Positions 8,010-16,619 of a stretch of DNA of 42,606 nt are shown piece after piece; position 1 is the stretch's first letter, and the number at the start of each line of letters is the position of its first letter. The DNA is from Nanobdellota archaeon. GTDB taxonomy: Archaea > Nanobdellota > Nanobdellia > Pacearchaeales > GW2011-AR1. The position numbers and the translations under genes are program-made. The DNA lies in NCBI GenBank assembly GCA_038043805.1, contig JBBTBG010000003.1, positions 1 through 42,606 of the forward strand. The letters run 5' to 3'. The notes below the pieces were generated by a model. That model ran no database searches, was not told where the DNA came from, and saw nothing but the letters and a program-made list of their open reading frames with translations.

Positions 8010-9587
8010 CTACCTTGATCGCTTTCGCACAGATCTCATCACATCCACAAGAGGATTTTTGACATCAGGTTTTTTATCTAACAATCCCAAGTCTTTGTAA
8101 AAGCTAGGATTTTCATAGTTAGGAGGTAAAATTTTCTTTTTTTGCCGGAAATGCCAGTCTATCTGGCTCTTGAGATATCCTGCCTTTAAAGGAGGCTGAT
8201 TCAACTTATTCCAATCACTAATTTTTATTTCCACGACTTCTCGCGGAAAGCCACATGCACGTAAAAAAGTAATCAGAATAAAGACTCCTCGTTTCTTTCC
8301 ATCTTGCAATCCTCCCCTTAGTAATTTTTTAATCGGAGCAGGAAACATCTCATCAGTCACATCTGTTAATTCTAAGAGTTCTTCAGAGTGATATTCTTTT
8401 CTCTTATTCTTTTCTTGCCTTTCTTCTTCACTTTCTGTCTTTTTCTTCCATTCTAAAGCATCTGCAAGTAATTGACGCGCTTCTCCCTTCAGAGCATCTT
8501 TAACAAATGCGCGAATATTTACTCTAAGGGGATCTGCATCTCGTGGGGAAAATGCTTCTATTTCTTCTCTCGTAAGAACAATGCTTGCAAGAGCAGTCTT
8601 CTCATGTAATGAGTAGGGCATCCTAAATAGATGCCTTGGCGCAACAAGTACTAAATCAAAACCACCAGTATCTTTCTCATGCAATCCTTTTTCCATTTCT
8701 ACAGCTCCACCCTGCAAAGCATCAAGTGTAAATTTGACATTCTTTGATTGAGACTTTTCTATTTTCGCGATATTAGAAATTTTACAATTCAAACATTCAA
8801 AGAACTCTTCTTCATTGCTAATATTCATCTCACTCAGGCATCTCTCACAGCGTAAAATTCTCTTTTTTACAATAGCGCTCTTTTTCTGCCTTATTTCATT
8901 GTTGCAATACTCACATCTAAGAGTGACCCAAGTATCTTGATGGACAGATTCACCACATTGTGGGCAAACAACGTTTACTAGTTCTTCTTTTTTCTTATTT
9001 CTTCGTAGTTGAAGAGCTTTGATATTAGAAATCATATACGTCTTTCTATTGAATTCAGATTTAATTGAATACATGAGAAACTCACAGATAGCTTTAGGCC
9101 ATTCAGGAAACATTTTTTTCGTTTCTTGCCCATCAAATATCTCTGGAAATGCTTTCTGGGGAACAATAATATGCAATCCTTTACTTCCACTAAATTTAAT
9201 GCCATAATTTCTAACTCCATACTTTTCAAGCTCAAAAAGAAGTAACATTGCAGCAATCTTAGAGAAATCAAGAAACGGAGAGTCAATATCAATCAATAAA
9301 TCCCATCCTTTTCGCAATTCTTGCATCTCTCCCACAATCATGTCTGAGTGTAATTGCAAGGGATCATTCCAAATTTCTTCTGAAGCATGAAAAGAAGTGG
9401 CGCCTTTTAAGACCAGACCCATTACATCTGATGGATAATGCAAAGTATCTGGTCGTTTTCCGAATCCCTCAAAGTAACGGGGAACAACTTCTCGGCCAAC
9501 AGCAAAAGCAGCCAAGCACTCTTGAATTTTAGGGTTAGAATAATACAACTGTGTAATCGCTCGAATACGTTTCTCTTTTTCCTCCAT
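8010..9587 (-). CDS. priS: Archaeo-eukaryotic DNA primase: PriS catalytic core with two CxxC..CxxC zinc ribbons, fused to a C-terminal helical accessory domain
   Basis: 525 aa. AEP motif I is DLLIDIDS, motif II is FSGSKGLHIIVP, and motif III is FDLVLVAPRHLFRMPYSLHEKT. The zinc ribbons are CPQC..CEYC and CERC..CLNC. An E/K-rich linker precedes the C-terminal ~115 aa (PIKKLLRGGLQDGKKRGVFILITFLRACGF...LPPNYENP), which contains a single Cys. Confidence 0.8.
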   Translation of the reverse strand: MEEKEKRIRAITQLYYSNPKIQECLAAFAVGREVVPRYFEGFGKRPDTLHYPSDVMGLVLKGATSFHASEEIWNDPLQLHSDMIVGEMQELRKGWDLLIDIDSPFLDFSKIAAMLLLFELEKYGVRNYGIKFSGSKGLHIIVPQKAFPEIFDGQETKKMFPEWPKAICEFLMYSIKSEFNRKTYMISNIKALQLRRNKKKEELVNVVCPQCGESVHQDTWVTLRCEYCNNEIRQKKSAIVKKRILRCERCLSEMNISNEEEFFECLNCKISNIAKIEKSQSKNVKFTLDALQGGAVEMEKGLHEKDTGGFDLVLVAPRHLFRMPYSLHEKTALASIVLTREEIEAFSPRDADPLRVNIRAFVKDALKGEARQLLADALEWKKKTESEEERQEKNKRKEYHSEELLELTDVTDEMFPAPIKKLLRGGLQDGKKRGVFILITFLRACGFPREVVEIKISDWNKLNQPPLKAGYLKSQIDWHFRQKKKILPPNYENPSFYKDLGLLDKKPDVKNPLVDVMRSVRKRSR

Positions 9588-9608
9588 ATACTAAAGCAGC
9601 TTGAGGAC

Positions 9609-9616
9609 TATATAGT
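9609..9616 (-). promoter_or_regulatory. TATA box (minus-strand ACTATATA) for the primase gene; leaderless geometry
   Basis: Its centre is ~26 nt upstream of the start codon at 9587. Confidence 0.4.
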
Positions 9617-9643
9617 ATTTATGTTACTCGCATCACCATAATC

Positions 9644-9651
9644 CTTAAAAG
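9644..9651 (+). promoter_or_regulatory. TATA box (CTTAAAAG) for the PCNA gene; leaderless geometry
   Basis: Its centre is ~26 nt upstream of ATG 9673. Confidence 0.45.
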
Positions 9652-9672
9652 CCTCAAGAGGTCTAAAATAAA

Positions 9673-10398
9673 ATGTTATTGAAGTTGGAAAGCCCCAAAC
9701 TTCTTTCAGATATCGTCTCCATTATCTCGGAGCTGGTCACGGAAGTTAGGCTAAAAATAAACAAAGAGGGAATGTCTATGACTGCAATTGATCCTGCTAA
9801 TGTCGCCATGGTTTATTTTAAGATGCCTGCAGACCTGTTCTCTCAGTACGAAATAGAAAAAGATGAAGTTCTTGGAGTCAACTTAGAGAATCTCCGCATG
9901 GTTCTTAAAAGATGCGGTTTGGGAAGCTCTCTAACTATCAGCAAGGAAGATAATCTTCTTAAATTAAGCATTCAGGATCGCATCAAGCGCGACTTCACAC
10001 TAGCTCTGATTGATATAGAGTCAGACGACAAAGAAATGCCCACTTGGGAATTTAAGTCAGTTATTAAAATGAATGCAGATTCTTTTGTGGAAGTGGTTGA
10101 GGATTGTGGTGTTGTTAGTGATGCGTGCACATTCATGGCCGATCCCGCCAAATTTGTTGTAGAAGCGCATGGTCTTAATTCAGCTCGCGCAGAATTCTCT
10201 TCTGATGAAATAGAACTTTACGCAGACACCAGTACAGCACGTTTCTCTCTAGAATATCTCAACAAATTCATTAAAGGTAGTAAAATCTCAAATCGCGTCA
10301 CCATCTCTTTTTCAGACAATCATCCAATGCGCATTGATTTCCCAACAGGCAACGTCATGCTCTCCTTTGTCCTCGCCCCAAGAGTTGAACAGGATTAG
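9673..10398 (+). CDS. pcn: DNA polymerase sliding clamp (PCNA)
   Basis: 241 aa, the typical PCNA length. The N-terminus (LESPKLLSDIVSIISELVTEVRLKINKEGMSMTAIDPANVAMV) and the two-domain repeat pattern, ending in LSFVLAPRVE, fit PCNA. Confidence 0.9.
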   Translation: MLLKLESPKLLSDIVSIISELVTEVRLKINKEGMSMTAIDPANVAMVYFKMPADLFSQYEIEKDEVLGVNLENLRMVLKRCGLGSSLTISKEDNLLKLSIQDRIKRDFTLALIDIESDDKEMPTWEFKSVIKMNADSFVEVVEDCGVVSDACTFMADPAKFVVEAHGLNSARAEFSSDEIELYADTSTARFSLEYLNKFIKGSKISNRVTISFSDNHPMRIDFPTGNVMLSFVLAPRVEQD

Positions 10399-10448
10399 AT
10401 TATCTATTCTTAAAATACATTTAAATATAAAGTTGTTTAGAGAGAAAT

Positions 10449-11792
10449 GTGAAAAGAAATCTTACAACTGAGCCTATTTCTTCGCTTATAAAGATGATCG
10501 CGATTCCGGCAAGCATTGGGTTTTTCTTTAACACGATGTTTAATGTCGTCGACACGTACTTTGGAGGCCAAATTTCTACAGAGGCACTTGCAGCATTATC
10601 TCTTTCTTTCCCAGTTTTTTTTATCATTATAGCTATAGGAACAGGAATATCAACAGGAACAACGGCATTGATAGCTCATGAGCTAGGAGCTGGAAAAAAG
10701 AAAATGGCAAAACATCTTGCAGTACAATCTATCACTTTCGGAATTATTCTTTCATTTATAATGGTTGCTCTTGGAATTTCTTTGTCACCTTTATTATTCA
10801 AATTACTAGGTGCATCAGGAGAGTATCTTTCAATGTCGCTTGCCTATATGAATGTTATTTTCTACGGGACACTGTTCTTTATGTTAGTCTATATTTTCAA
10901 TGCAATTCTCAATGCAGAAGGAGATACTAAGTCATTTAGGAATTTTCTTATCGCAGGTTTTTTCATGAATATCCTTCTGGATCCTTGGTTCATGTACGGA
11001 TGGTTTGGCTTTCCAGCCCTAGGCATTGCAGGCTTAGCATGGGCAACAGTGGTAATACAGGCATCAGGCATGTTCTATTTAGGTTTCAAGATGTACAAGA
11101 CGCATTTCATCAAACATATTGATCTAAAAGACCTTTTTCCTGAAAAAAGAGCTTTCCTTGAACTGATAAAACAGGGAATTCCTTCATCTCTTAACATGAT
11201 GACAGTAGGGATCGGAATTTTTGTCATCACATATTTTATTAGTGGATATGGAAGTGCAGGTGTTGCAGCATATGGAATAGCAACACGTGTTGAGCAAATA
11301 TTTCTTCTTCCTACAATCGGAATAACAATTGCTACATTAACACTCGTGAGTCAAAATAATGGAGCAAGGAAATTTCAACGTGTAAAAGAGTCGCTCTCCA
11401 TTGGCCTTCGCTATGGTCTTTCGATTATGACGTTAGGTACAATTATCATTTTTATTTTTGCTCAGATGCTAATGAGTATTTTTACGAAAGATCCCGAGGT
11501 TATTATTATCGGAGCACAATATCTTAGAATTGCATCATTCCTTACTTGGGCGTATGTTATCCTGTTTACGAATATTTCAGCTCTTCAAGGATTAAAGAAA
11601 CCACTTTTTGCACTCTGGATAGGGTTAGGAAGACAGATTATTGCTCCTCTTATCATTTTCACTTTTCTTGCACATATTTTAGGATGGGGCTTGTTAGGCA
11701 TTTGGTGGGGAATTTTTATCATCAATTGGATTGCTGCACTTATCACAATCTATTATACTAAAAAAACATTTGCTCATCTAGGGGAAAGATGA
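10449..11792 (+). CDS. MATE family multidrug/efflux transporter
   Basis: 447 aa and about 12 TM segments. The N-terminal MATE signature is IPASIGFFFNTMFNVVDTYFGGQISTEALAALSLSFP. The start is GTG. Confidence 0.85.
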   Translation: MKRNLTTEPISSLIKMIAIPASIGFFFNTMFNVVDTYFGGQISTEALAALSLSFPVFFIIIAIGTGISTGTTALIAHELGAGKKKMAKHLAVQSITFGIILSFIMVALGISLSPLLFKLLGASGEYLSMSLAYMNVIFYGTLFFMLVYIFNAILNAEGDTKSFRNFLIAGFFMNILLDPWFMYGWFGFPALGIAGLAWATVVIQASGMFYLGFKMYKTHFIKHIDLKDLFPEKRAFLELIKQGIPSSLNMMTVGIGIFVITYFISGYGSAGVAAYGIATRVEQIFLLPTIGITIATLTLVSQNNGARKFQRVKESLSIGLRYGLSIMTLGTIIIFIFAQMLMSIFTKDPEVIIIGAQYLRIASFLTWAYVILFTNISALQGLKKPLFALWIGLGRQIIAPLIIFTFLAHILGWGLLGIWWGIFIINWIAALITIYYTKKTFAHLGER

Positions 11793-11796
11793 ATTT

Positions 11797-11815
11797 GGGG
11801 GCTGGTTAGGCCCCC
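11797..11815 (+). terminator. GC-rich hairpin directly after the MATE stop codon (possible terminator or RNA-stability element)
   Basis: GGGGGC (11797-11802) pairs with GCCCCC (11810-11815) around a 7-nt loop. It stands out in an AT-rich spacer, but no T-tract follows. Confidence 0.3.
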
Positions 11816-11925
11816 GATTGTATCAGAACCATCGACATCCTCACAAGGTGCATTGTGTATTCTTATTAAAGAACTCCTTTATTAATCACTTGTGAAGAAA
11901 AATTCCAGAATATCAGTACATAAGG

Positions 11926-11933
11926 CTTAAAAA
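11926..11933 (+). promoter_or_regulatory. TATA box (CTTAAAAA) for the 7TM gene; leaderless geometry
   Basis: Its centre is ~26 nt upstream of ATG 11955. Confidence 0.45.
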
Positions 11934-11954
11934 CTCTCAAGCCTTTCGAGAAAT

Positions 11955-12620
11955 ATGACTTATTATTACCTTATTCCTAATTGGTTTCTCGGATTCGACG
12001 GGGCTTTAGAACTGGTCTTTGGTGTGATTACACTTATCATTGCATGCATGGCTCTTCGTATTTATCAAATCACAAGAGAAAAAAATATCAGGCATTTCAG
12101 TATAGCCTTCTTCTTGATCAGCCTCTCCTATCTTGCATGGGCTACTATAAATCTTTCAGTAGTTAGTAAGTTAGCTGAGGGCGTCTCTGTTCTTTCTCTG
12201 GAAAGCATCTCTCAAATTTGGAGGAGAGGTCTGTATGGTTATATGGCTTTATTTACAGCAGGACTTTCCACTCTAGTATATGCAACGCTTAATATCAAGC
12301 GTAGCGATATTTACTATCTTATTTTAGGTTTGCCTCTGATAGCAATCGCAGGTTCAGCACAGAAAGTCATTCTCTTTAGGCTTGTTGCTGTTTTCCTTCT
12401 TTCTTTTATAGTTCATCATTATCTAGAAGAATATTTACAAAAAAGAAATCCTAAAACTCTTTCTGTGACAGTCGCATTTATTCTTCTACTGATTAGTAAT
12501 ATAGGCCTTATTTTTTCAGCATTCTATACTAGTACATACGTCATCAGCCACCTCATAGAACTGGGCGCATATACTCTCTTCACTATTTCTCTTTTACGCA
12601 CCTTGAAAAAAAACAAATGA
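11955..12620 (+). CDS. Seven-TM integral membrane protein of unknown function
   Basis: 221 aa with seven hydrophobic segments read by eye. Its stop overlaps the downstream wHTH gene start (ATGA at 12617-12620). Confidence 0.55.
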   Translation: MTYYYLIPNWFLGFDGALELVFGVITLIIACMALRIYQITREKNIRHFSIAFFLISLSYLAWATINLSVVSKLAEGVSVLSLESISQIWRRGLYGYMALFTAGLSTLVYATLNIKRSDIYYLILGLPLIAIAGSAQKVILFRLVAVFLLSFIVHHYLEEYLQKRNPKTLSVTVAFILLLISNIGLIFSAFYTSTYVISHLIELGAYTLFTISLLRTLKKNK

Positions 12621-12892
12621 CAAAAAAAAGAAATCGCCTAGAAATTATCAGGGACATCTTGGAAGTCATTAAAAGCAAACAAGGAAGGATAAAACCTACA
12701 CATATTCTCTACAAATCTAATTTATCATATGTAATGATGGAAGAATATCTCTCAGAACTACTTGAAAAAGAATTTATCATAGAACAATCTGCGGGAAAGG
12801 GAAAAACGTATCGTGTCACTGACAAAGGCATTACATATCTTGACAAATACAAGATGGTCTCAGAATTTACTTCTTCTTTCGGTCTTTCTTAA
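12617..12892 (+). CDS. Small archaeal winged-helix DNA-binding protein (HTH_45-like)
   Basis: 91 aa. RLEIIRDILEVIK......KPTHILYKSNLSYVMMEEYLSELLEKEFI....GKGKTYRVTDKGITYL fits the compact archaeal wHTH pattern. Confidence 0.6.
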   Translation: MTKKRNRLEIIRDILEVIKSKQGRIKPTHILYKSNLSYVMMEEYLSELLEKEFIIEQSAGKGKTYRVTDKGITYLDKYKMVSEFTSSFGLS

Positions 12893-12901
12893 AAAAGTAT
12901 T

Positions 12902-12917
12902 TATCGGACAGCCGATA
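12902..12917. repeat. Short perfect hairpin/inverted repeat TATCGG-acag-CCGATA between the wHTH gene and the next promoter
   Basis: Read directly. It lies 10 nt after the wHTH stop and immediately upstream of the TATA box at 12920. Confidence 0.5.
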
Positions 12918-12919
12918 TA

Positions 12920-12927
12920 TTTATATA
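12920..12927 (+). promoter_or_regulatory. TATA box (TTTATATA) for the LUD-domain gene; leaderless geometry
   Basis: Its centre is ~26 nt upstream of ATG 12949, which supports ATG 12949 over GTG 12946 as the start. Confidence 0.45.
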
Positions 12928-12948
12928 CCTCTTATTGCTCTTTGAGTG

Positions 12949-13569
12949 ATGGCCATCCCTATATTTAATCAACTTGCAGAGAAAAAAGCAATCGAACAAA
13001 CAATGGCATCACTTAAATCTAATGGTATCAATGCTTTCTTATATGATTCAGAAGAAGAGGCAAAGAATAAAATTCTCGAACTTGTTCCATCAGGATCAGA
13101 AGTCATGGAAATGACTTCAGTAACGCTTGATAGTCTTGGAATCGGGCAACTCTTGAGGGATTCTAAGAAGTACGTGCTCATTAAAGATAAGCTCAATGCC
13201 CTAGACAGGGCAAAAGATCACCGCAAAATACAGCAAATCGGCGCTGCTCCCCAAATAACAATAGGGAGTGTACATGCAGTAACTCAAGATGGCAAGGTCT
13301 TTATTGCATCTGCAACAGGCAGCCAGCTTCCAGCATATGTGTATGGAGCAGACAAAGTCATATGGGTTGTAGGAACACAGAAGATTGTGAAAGATGCCGA
13401 TGAGGCAATGAAACGTATCTATGAATACACCCTTCCTTTAGAAAGCGAGCGGGCAAAGAAAGCCTATGGAGTAGAAGGAAGTTTTGTTTCCAAACTTCTT
13501 ATGATTCACAAGGAATTTACCCTTGATAGAATTACCCTTATTTTTGTGAATAAGAACCTCGGCTTTTAA
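12949..13569 (+). CDS. LUD (lactate-utilisation B/C, DUF162/YkgG-like) domain protein
   Basis: About 206 aa. The layout and motifs (EEEAKNKILELVP.GSEV....SVTLDSLGI, GAAPQITIGSVHAVTQDG, VIWVVGTQKIV) are consistent with the LUD fold. Confidence 0.55.
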   Translation: MAIPIFNQLAEKKAIEQTMASLKSNGINAFLYDSEEEAKNKILELVPSGSEVMEMTSVTLDSLGIGQLLRDSKKYVLIKDKLNALDRAKDHRKIQQIGAAPQITIGSVHAVTQDGKVFIASATGSQLPAYVYGADKVIWVVGTQKIVKDADEAMKRIYEYTLPLESERAKKAYGVEGSFVSKLLMIHKEFTLDRITLIFVNKNLGF

Positions 13570-13607
13570 AAGAAAATCTTTATCTACTTCTTTAACATTC
13601 TCTTGGG

Positions 13608-14522
13608 ATGAGACTAAAAAAATCTATAATATTATCTATTATCATAGTTAGTATAGTAATAGTTCTTTTCTTTCTTCTAGGCAAAGATCAACCTCTCTAT
13701 CTACTTGATGGCGATACTTTTTCCTATTTTCAAGATCGTCCAATTTCTAAACTAGTCATGACACCTCTCGAAGAAAAGGAAAATTGGAGTTTATCCAAAC
13801 TTCACTTTACTAGCAGGCCATTATTAGGTACTCCAACAGAAGTTTATGGCTTACTTTTTATTCCTAAAAATATCAAAGGCAAAGTATCTGGAGTTGTATT
13901 GCTTCCCGGCGGAGGCGGTACAAAAGAAGGAGAAGCACGCCTCGCAGACATTCTAGTTAAAGAAGGCCTTGCAGTTCTAACTTTCGATCAACGAGGTATC
14001 GGAGAAACAACAGGAAAAACTTTGTCTTTCGAGCAAGATTTTCAACTCTTTCTACAAAAAAACGAGCCACAACAACATCTCATGGTTTATGATGTTCTTG
14101 CCGCTTTTGATATACTCAAGAATCAACCTCAAGTGGACTCTACCAAGGTAATTATCATAGGAGAAAGCATGGGTGGAAGATATGGAATAATCGCAACAGC
14201 ACTTGACCCAAGAATTAAAGGAGTTATTGTCATTAGTAGCGCAGGATTCAATACACAAAGCGATTTCTTGAGTGCACAACAGCGTTACCTCTCATCCATT
14301 GATCCAAGTCGCTATCTTTCCAAAATCGCTCCTCGTCCTCTAGCAATGCTTCACGCCGAAAATGATTCCATCATACCCTTAACATCAGCACAACTTACTA
14401 TTCAGAAAGCCAAAGAACCTAAAAAGTTCTTTCTCACTAATGCAAGTACTTGCAATCATGGCTATTGTGATGCCATGCATGAAAATCTTAAAGAAGCGTT
14501 GAAGTTTGTTTTACAAAACTAG
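13608..14522 (+). CDS. Membrane-anchored alpha/beta hydrolase (dienelactone hydrolase/S9-like)
   Basis: 304 aa with an N-terminal TM (IILSIIIVSIVIVLFFLL). The nucleophile elbow is GESMGG. A late acidic/His pair (ENDSIIP ... CNHGY) completes a catalytic-triad layout. Confidence 0.7.
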   Translation: MRLKKSIILSIIIVSIVIVLFFLLGKDQPLYLLDGDTFSYFQDRPISKLVMTPLEEKENWSLSKLHFTSRPLLGTPTEVYGLLFIPKNIKGKVSGVVLLPGGGGTKEGEARLADILVKEGLAVLTFDQRGIGETTGKTLSFEQDFQLFLQKNEPQQHLMVYDVLAAFDILKNQPQVDSTKVIIIGESMGGRYGIIATALDPRIKGVIVISSAGFNTQSDFLSAQQRYLSSIDPSRYLSKIAPRPLAMLHAENDSIIPLTSAQLTIQKAKEPKKFFLTNASTCNHGYCDAMHENLKEALKFVLQN

Positions 14523-15010
14523 CTTTTACTACGTACAACTTCTTCTGGGTGAGTGACATCACAGGAATAAATAATCATAACGCGCCTTTGGTCATCATGG
14601 GTAATATCGATAAATTCTGGGGCGTTTTCATGTCCAACCATACAAGTATGCTTTGTAATCGCTCCATTCATGACTTGCTGATAGAGGGGGACGCTGCTTT
14701 GTTGGCATCCTAATCTTTTAAAGAGGACTTCATATTTTGAAGAAAGTTTTCTATCTATAGATAATTCCTGCAGGCCTCTATCCGTAAGTAGAATTTGATG
14801 GATTCTGTTACCTTCAAGTTCATGTGTGGTTCCAAATGCAACAGCAACAATATCTTCATACGTATATTGCGTCCCAGTCCCACTAAGGACGCTTTCCAAG
14901 AATTTCTTTTCTGCGGCAGTTCTTCGTTCTTGAGGGCTAAATCCGAGAGGTTTGGCAGTATTCGCAAAAAATGAATTTAATGAAGCATAATGCTGAGGAC
15001 TGTTTGACAT
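14519..15010 (-). CDS. Hypothetical protein (163 aa)
   Basis: An ORF with its own TATA box ~26 nt upstream. No recognisable motif. Its stop overlaps the convergent hydrolase gene stop (CTAG). Confidence 0.45.
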   Translation of the reverse strand: MSNSPQHYASLNSFFANTAKPLGFSPQERRTAAEKKFLESVLSGTGTQYTYEDIVAVAFGTTHELEGNRIHQILLTDRGLQELSIDRKLSSKYEVLFKRLGCQQSSVPLYQQVMNGAITKHTCMVGHENAPEFIDITHDDQRRVMIIYSCDVTHPEEVVRSKS

Positions 15011-15032
15011 ATTTTTTACGCGACTCTTCTCT

Positions 15033-15040
15033 ATTTAAAA
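15033..15040 (-). promoter_or_regulatory. TATA box (minus-strand TTTTAAAT) for the 14519..15010 gene
   Basis: Its centre is ~26 nt upstream of the start codon at 15010. Confidence 0.4.
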
Positions 15041-15077
15041 ACAATGGTGCTCGATCGTAGAGATTAAAGAAATACTT

Positions 15078-15716
15078 TCAAACTGCGTAAATATGTGCCG
15101 CATCATTAATTCTCACAGGCCACCAAAGTCTTTCATCATAACGTAGTTCAGTAATGGAAGTATTATCTATTTCCCATCTCCAAGTCATTGCTTTGTCCGA
15201 CTGCAAAAGAATTGAAAGCAGACATTTAATTGCAACTCCATGAGTGAAGAAAGCAATGCGTTTCGGAGCGTCAGTTCGTTTCAAAATAAAGTTACTGGTT
15301 AAAGTATACATTCTTTTACCAACATCTGCTTGCGATTCTCCTCTAAGAGGGGCAAAGTTCCAGTTATCTCTATCAATAATTGCTTTTTGCTCAGGAGTAT
15401 ATATTTCTCTTTTTAGTTTTCCAACCCACTCTCCTTGGTCAAGTTCCTGTAAATGATCACAATACGCTACCTCTTCCAAAGGAAATCCAGGCAAAGCATA
15501 GCGTAGAGTTTCTCGTGTGCGCACTGCAGGAGAGCAATAAATTTCATCGAAACCAATCTTTTCTCTTTCAAGTCTTTTTCCTAATTCTTCTGCTTGTCTT
15601 TTTCCACAGTCGCTCAAAGGCGTTTCATTCATTCTTCCCCAAATATATTCTCGTGAACAGTTCGCCAGGCTTTCTGCATGACGAATAAGGTAAAGATGTG
15701 TCATTACGTTCTCCAC
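15078..15716 (-). CDS. Histidine phosphatase superfamily protein (phosphoglycerate-mutase-like branch)
   Basis: 212 aa. The N-terminal catalytic motif is LYLIRHAES (RHG-type), and a downstream FFTHG histidine is present. Confidence 0.8.
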   Translation of the reverse strand: MENVMTHLYLIRHAESLANCSREYIWGRMNETPLSDCGKRQAEELGKRLEREKIGFDEIYCSPAVRTRETLRYALPGFPLEEVAYCDHLQELDQGEWVGKLKREIYTPEQKAIIDRDNWNFAPLRGESQADVGKRMYTLTSNFILKRTDAPKRIAFFTHGVAIKCLLSILLQSDKAMTWRWEIDNTSITELRYDERLWWPVRINDAAHIYAV

Positions 15717-16558
15717 TTATTCAACATACTTTCAAACACTTCTAATTCAATTCCATTTTCTCTTTTTCCAAGTAAAGCTCTATTATATCCTGCGCCATGA
15801 AAATCAGAGCCATACGTCATCATTAAACCATGTTTAAGGGAATATTCTCTAAATGACTCATTTTGCTCTCCATAATTAGGTTGTATTTCAAGCCCATCTA
15901 TACCTTCCTCACGTAATCTTCTAAGTTCTTTTTCAATATCTTTAACTTCTTTGAAAGGGTGTGCAATAATGGCAATTCCTCCAGCCTCATGAATAGCATC
16001 TATCGCTTCTTTAGAATGAATAGTTTCACGGTGTTCAATGCGCGCAGCAATACCTTTCTTTCCTAAATAAAATTCAAAACTCTCTCTGGGAGACATCATA
16101 TCTCCATTCTGTTCTAAAATATACTCTCTGCACTCAGGATCAGCCATAGCCGCCATTATCACATTCCACTTTCCAAGTCTAGATTCAGGATATAATCTAA
16201 TTAATTTTTCAAAAGTTAGAGGCATTCCTTGCTTCGCCAAAATGTCTATTCTTTGATGACATTCTTCAATCTGATATTCTTGGCTTCTTTGAAGAAGTTT
16301 TTGCAATCCAATATGGTTAGGATTAACATTCAATCCTAAAATGTGATATCTAGTAGTACTTATTTCAATTCCAGGAAGGATTCTAAATCCATACAGATCA
16401 GCTTCAGCCTTTGCTCGAGAATAACCTGCTAGAGTATCATGATCAGTGAGAGCCATTACATTAACGCCGCTCATGTGCATCGCTCGCACAAGTGATTCTG
16501 GTGTGTCGCTTCCATCAGAGTAGATAGTATGGCTGTGAAGATCGATATACTGCTTCAT
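15704..16558 (-). CDS. PHP-domain metal-dependent phosphoesterase (TrpH/YciV-like)
   Basis: 284 aa with IDLHSHTIYSDGS, ALTDHDTLAGY, AHP and GSDFHG metal-ligand motifs. It overlaps the downstream histidine phosphatase gene by 13 nt. Confidence 0.8.
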   Translation of the reverse strand: MKQYIDLHSHTIYSDGSDTPESLVRAMHMSGVNVMALTDHDTLAGYSRAKAEADLYGFRILPGIEISTTRYHILGLNVNPNHIGLQKLLQRSQEYQIEECHQRIDILAKQGMPLTFEKLIRLYPESRLGKWNVIMAAMADPECREYILEQNGDMMSPRESFEFYLGKKGIAARIEHRETIHSKEAIDAIHEAGGIAIIAHPFKEVKDIEKELRRLREEGIDGLEIQPNYGEQNESFREYSLKHGLMMTYGSDFHGAGYNRALLGKRENGIELEVFESMLNKWRT

Positions 16559-16581
16559 ATTCTATCAATGCATAGGAAAGA

Positions 16582-16589
16582 TTTATATA
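16582..16589 (-). promoter_or_regulatory. AT-rich near-palindromic TATA element between the divergent PHP and AbrB-PhoU genes
   Basis: tttatata is centred ~27 nt upstream of the PHP start at 16558. It may also serve the plus-strand gene, leaving a short leader. Confidence 0.35.
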
Positions 16590-16619
16590 TTTCTTATAGT
16601 ATTTATAGTAATAATAGAA

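Noticed and set aside
9588-9672. Replication origin between the divergent primase and PCNA genes, which has a 7-bp inverted repeat (CTTGAGG...CCTCAAG).
   Set aside because: The region is only 85 bp and is fully accounted for by two leaderless promoters. There are no ORB-like repeated elements, no extended AT-rich unwinding region, and no adjacent orc1/cdc6.
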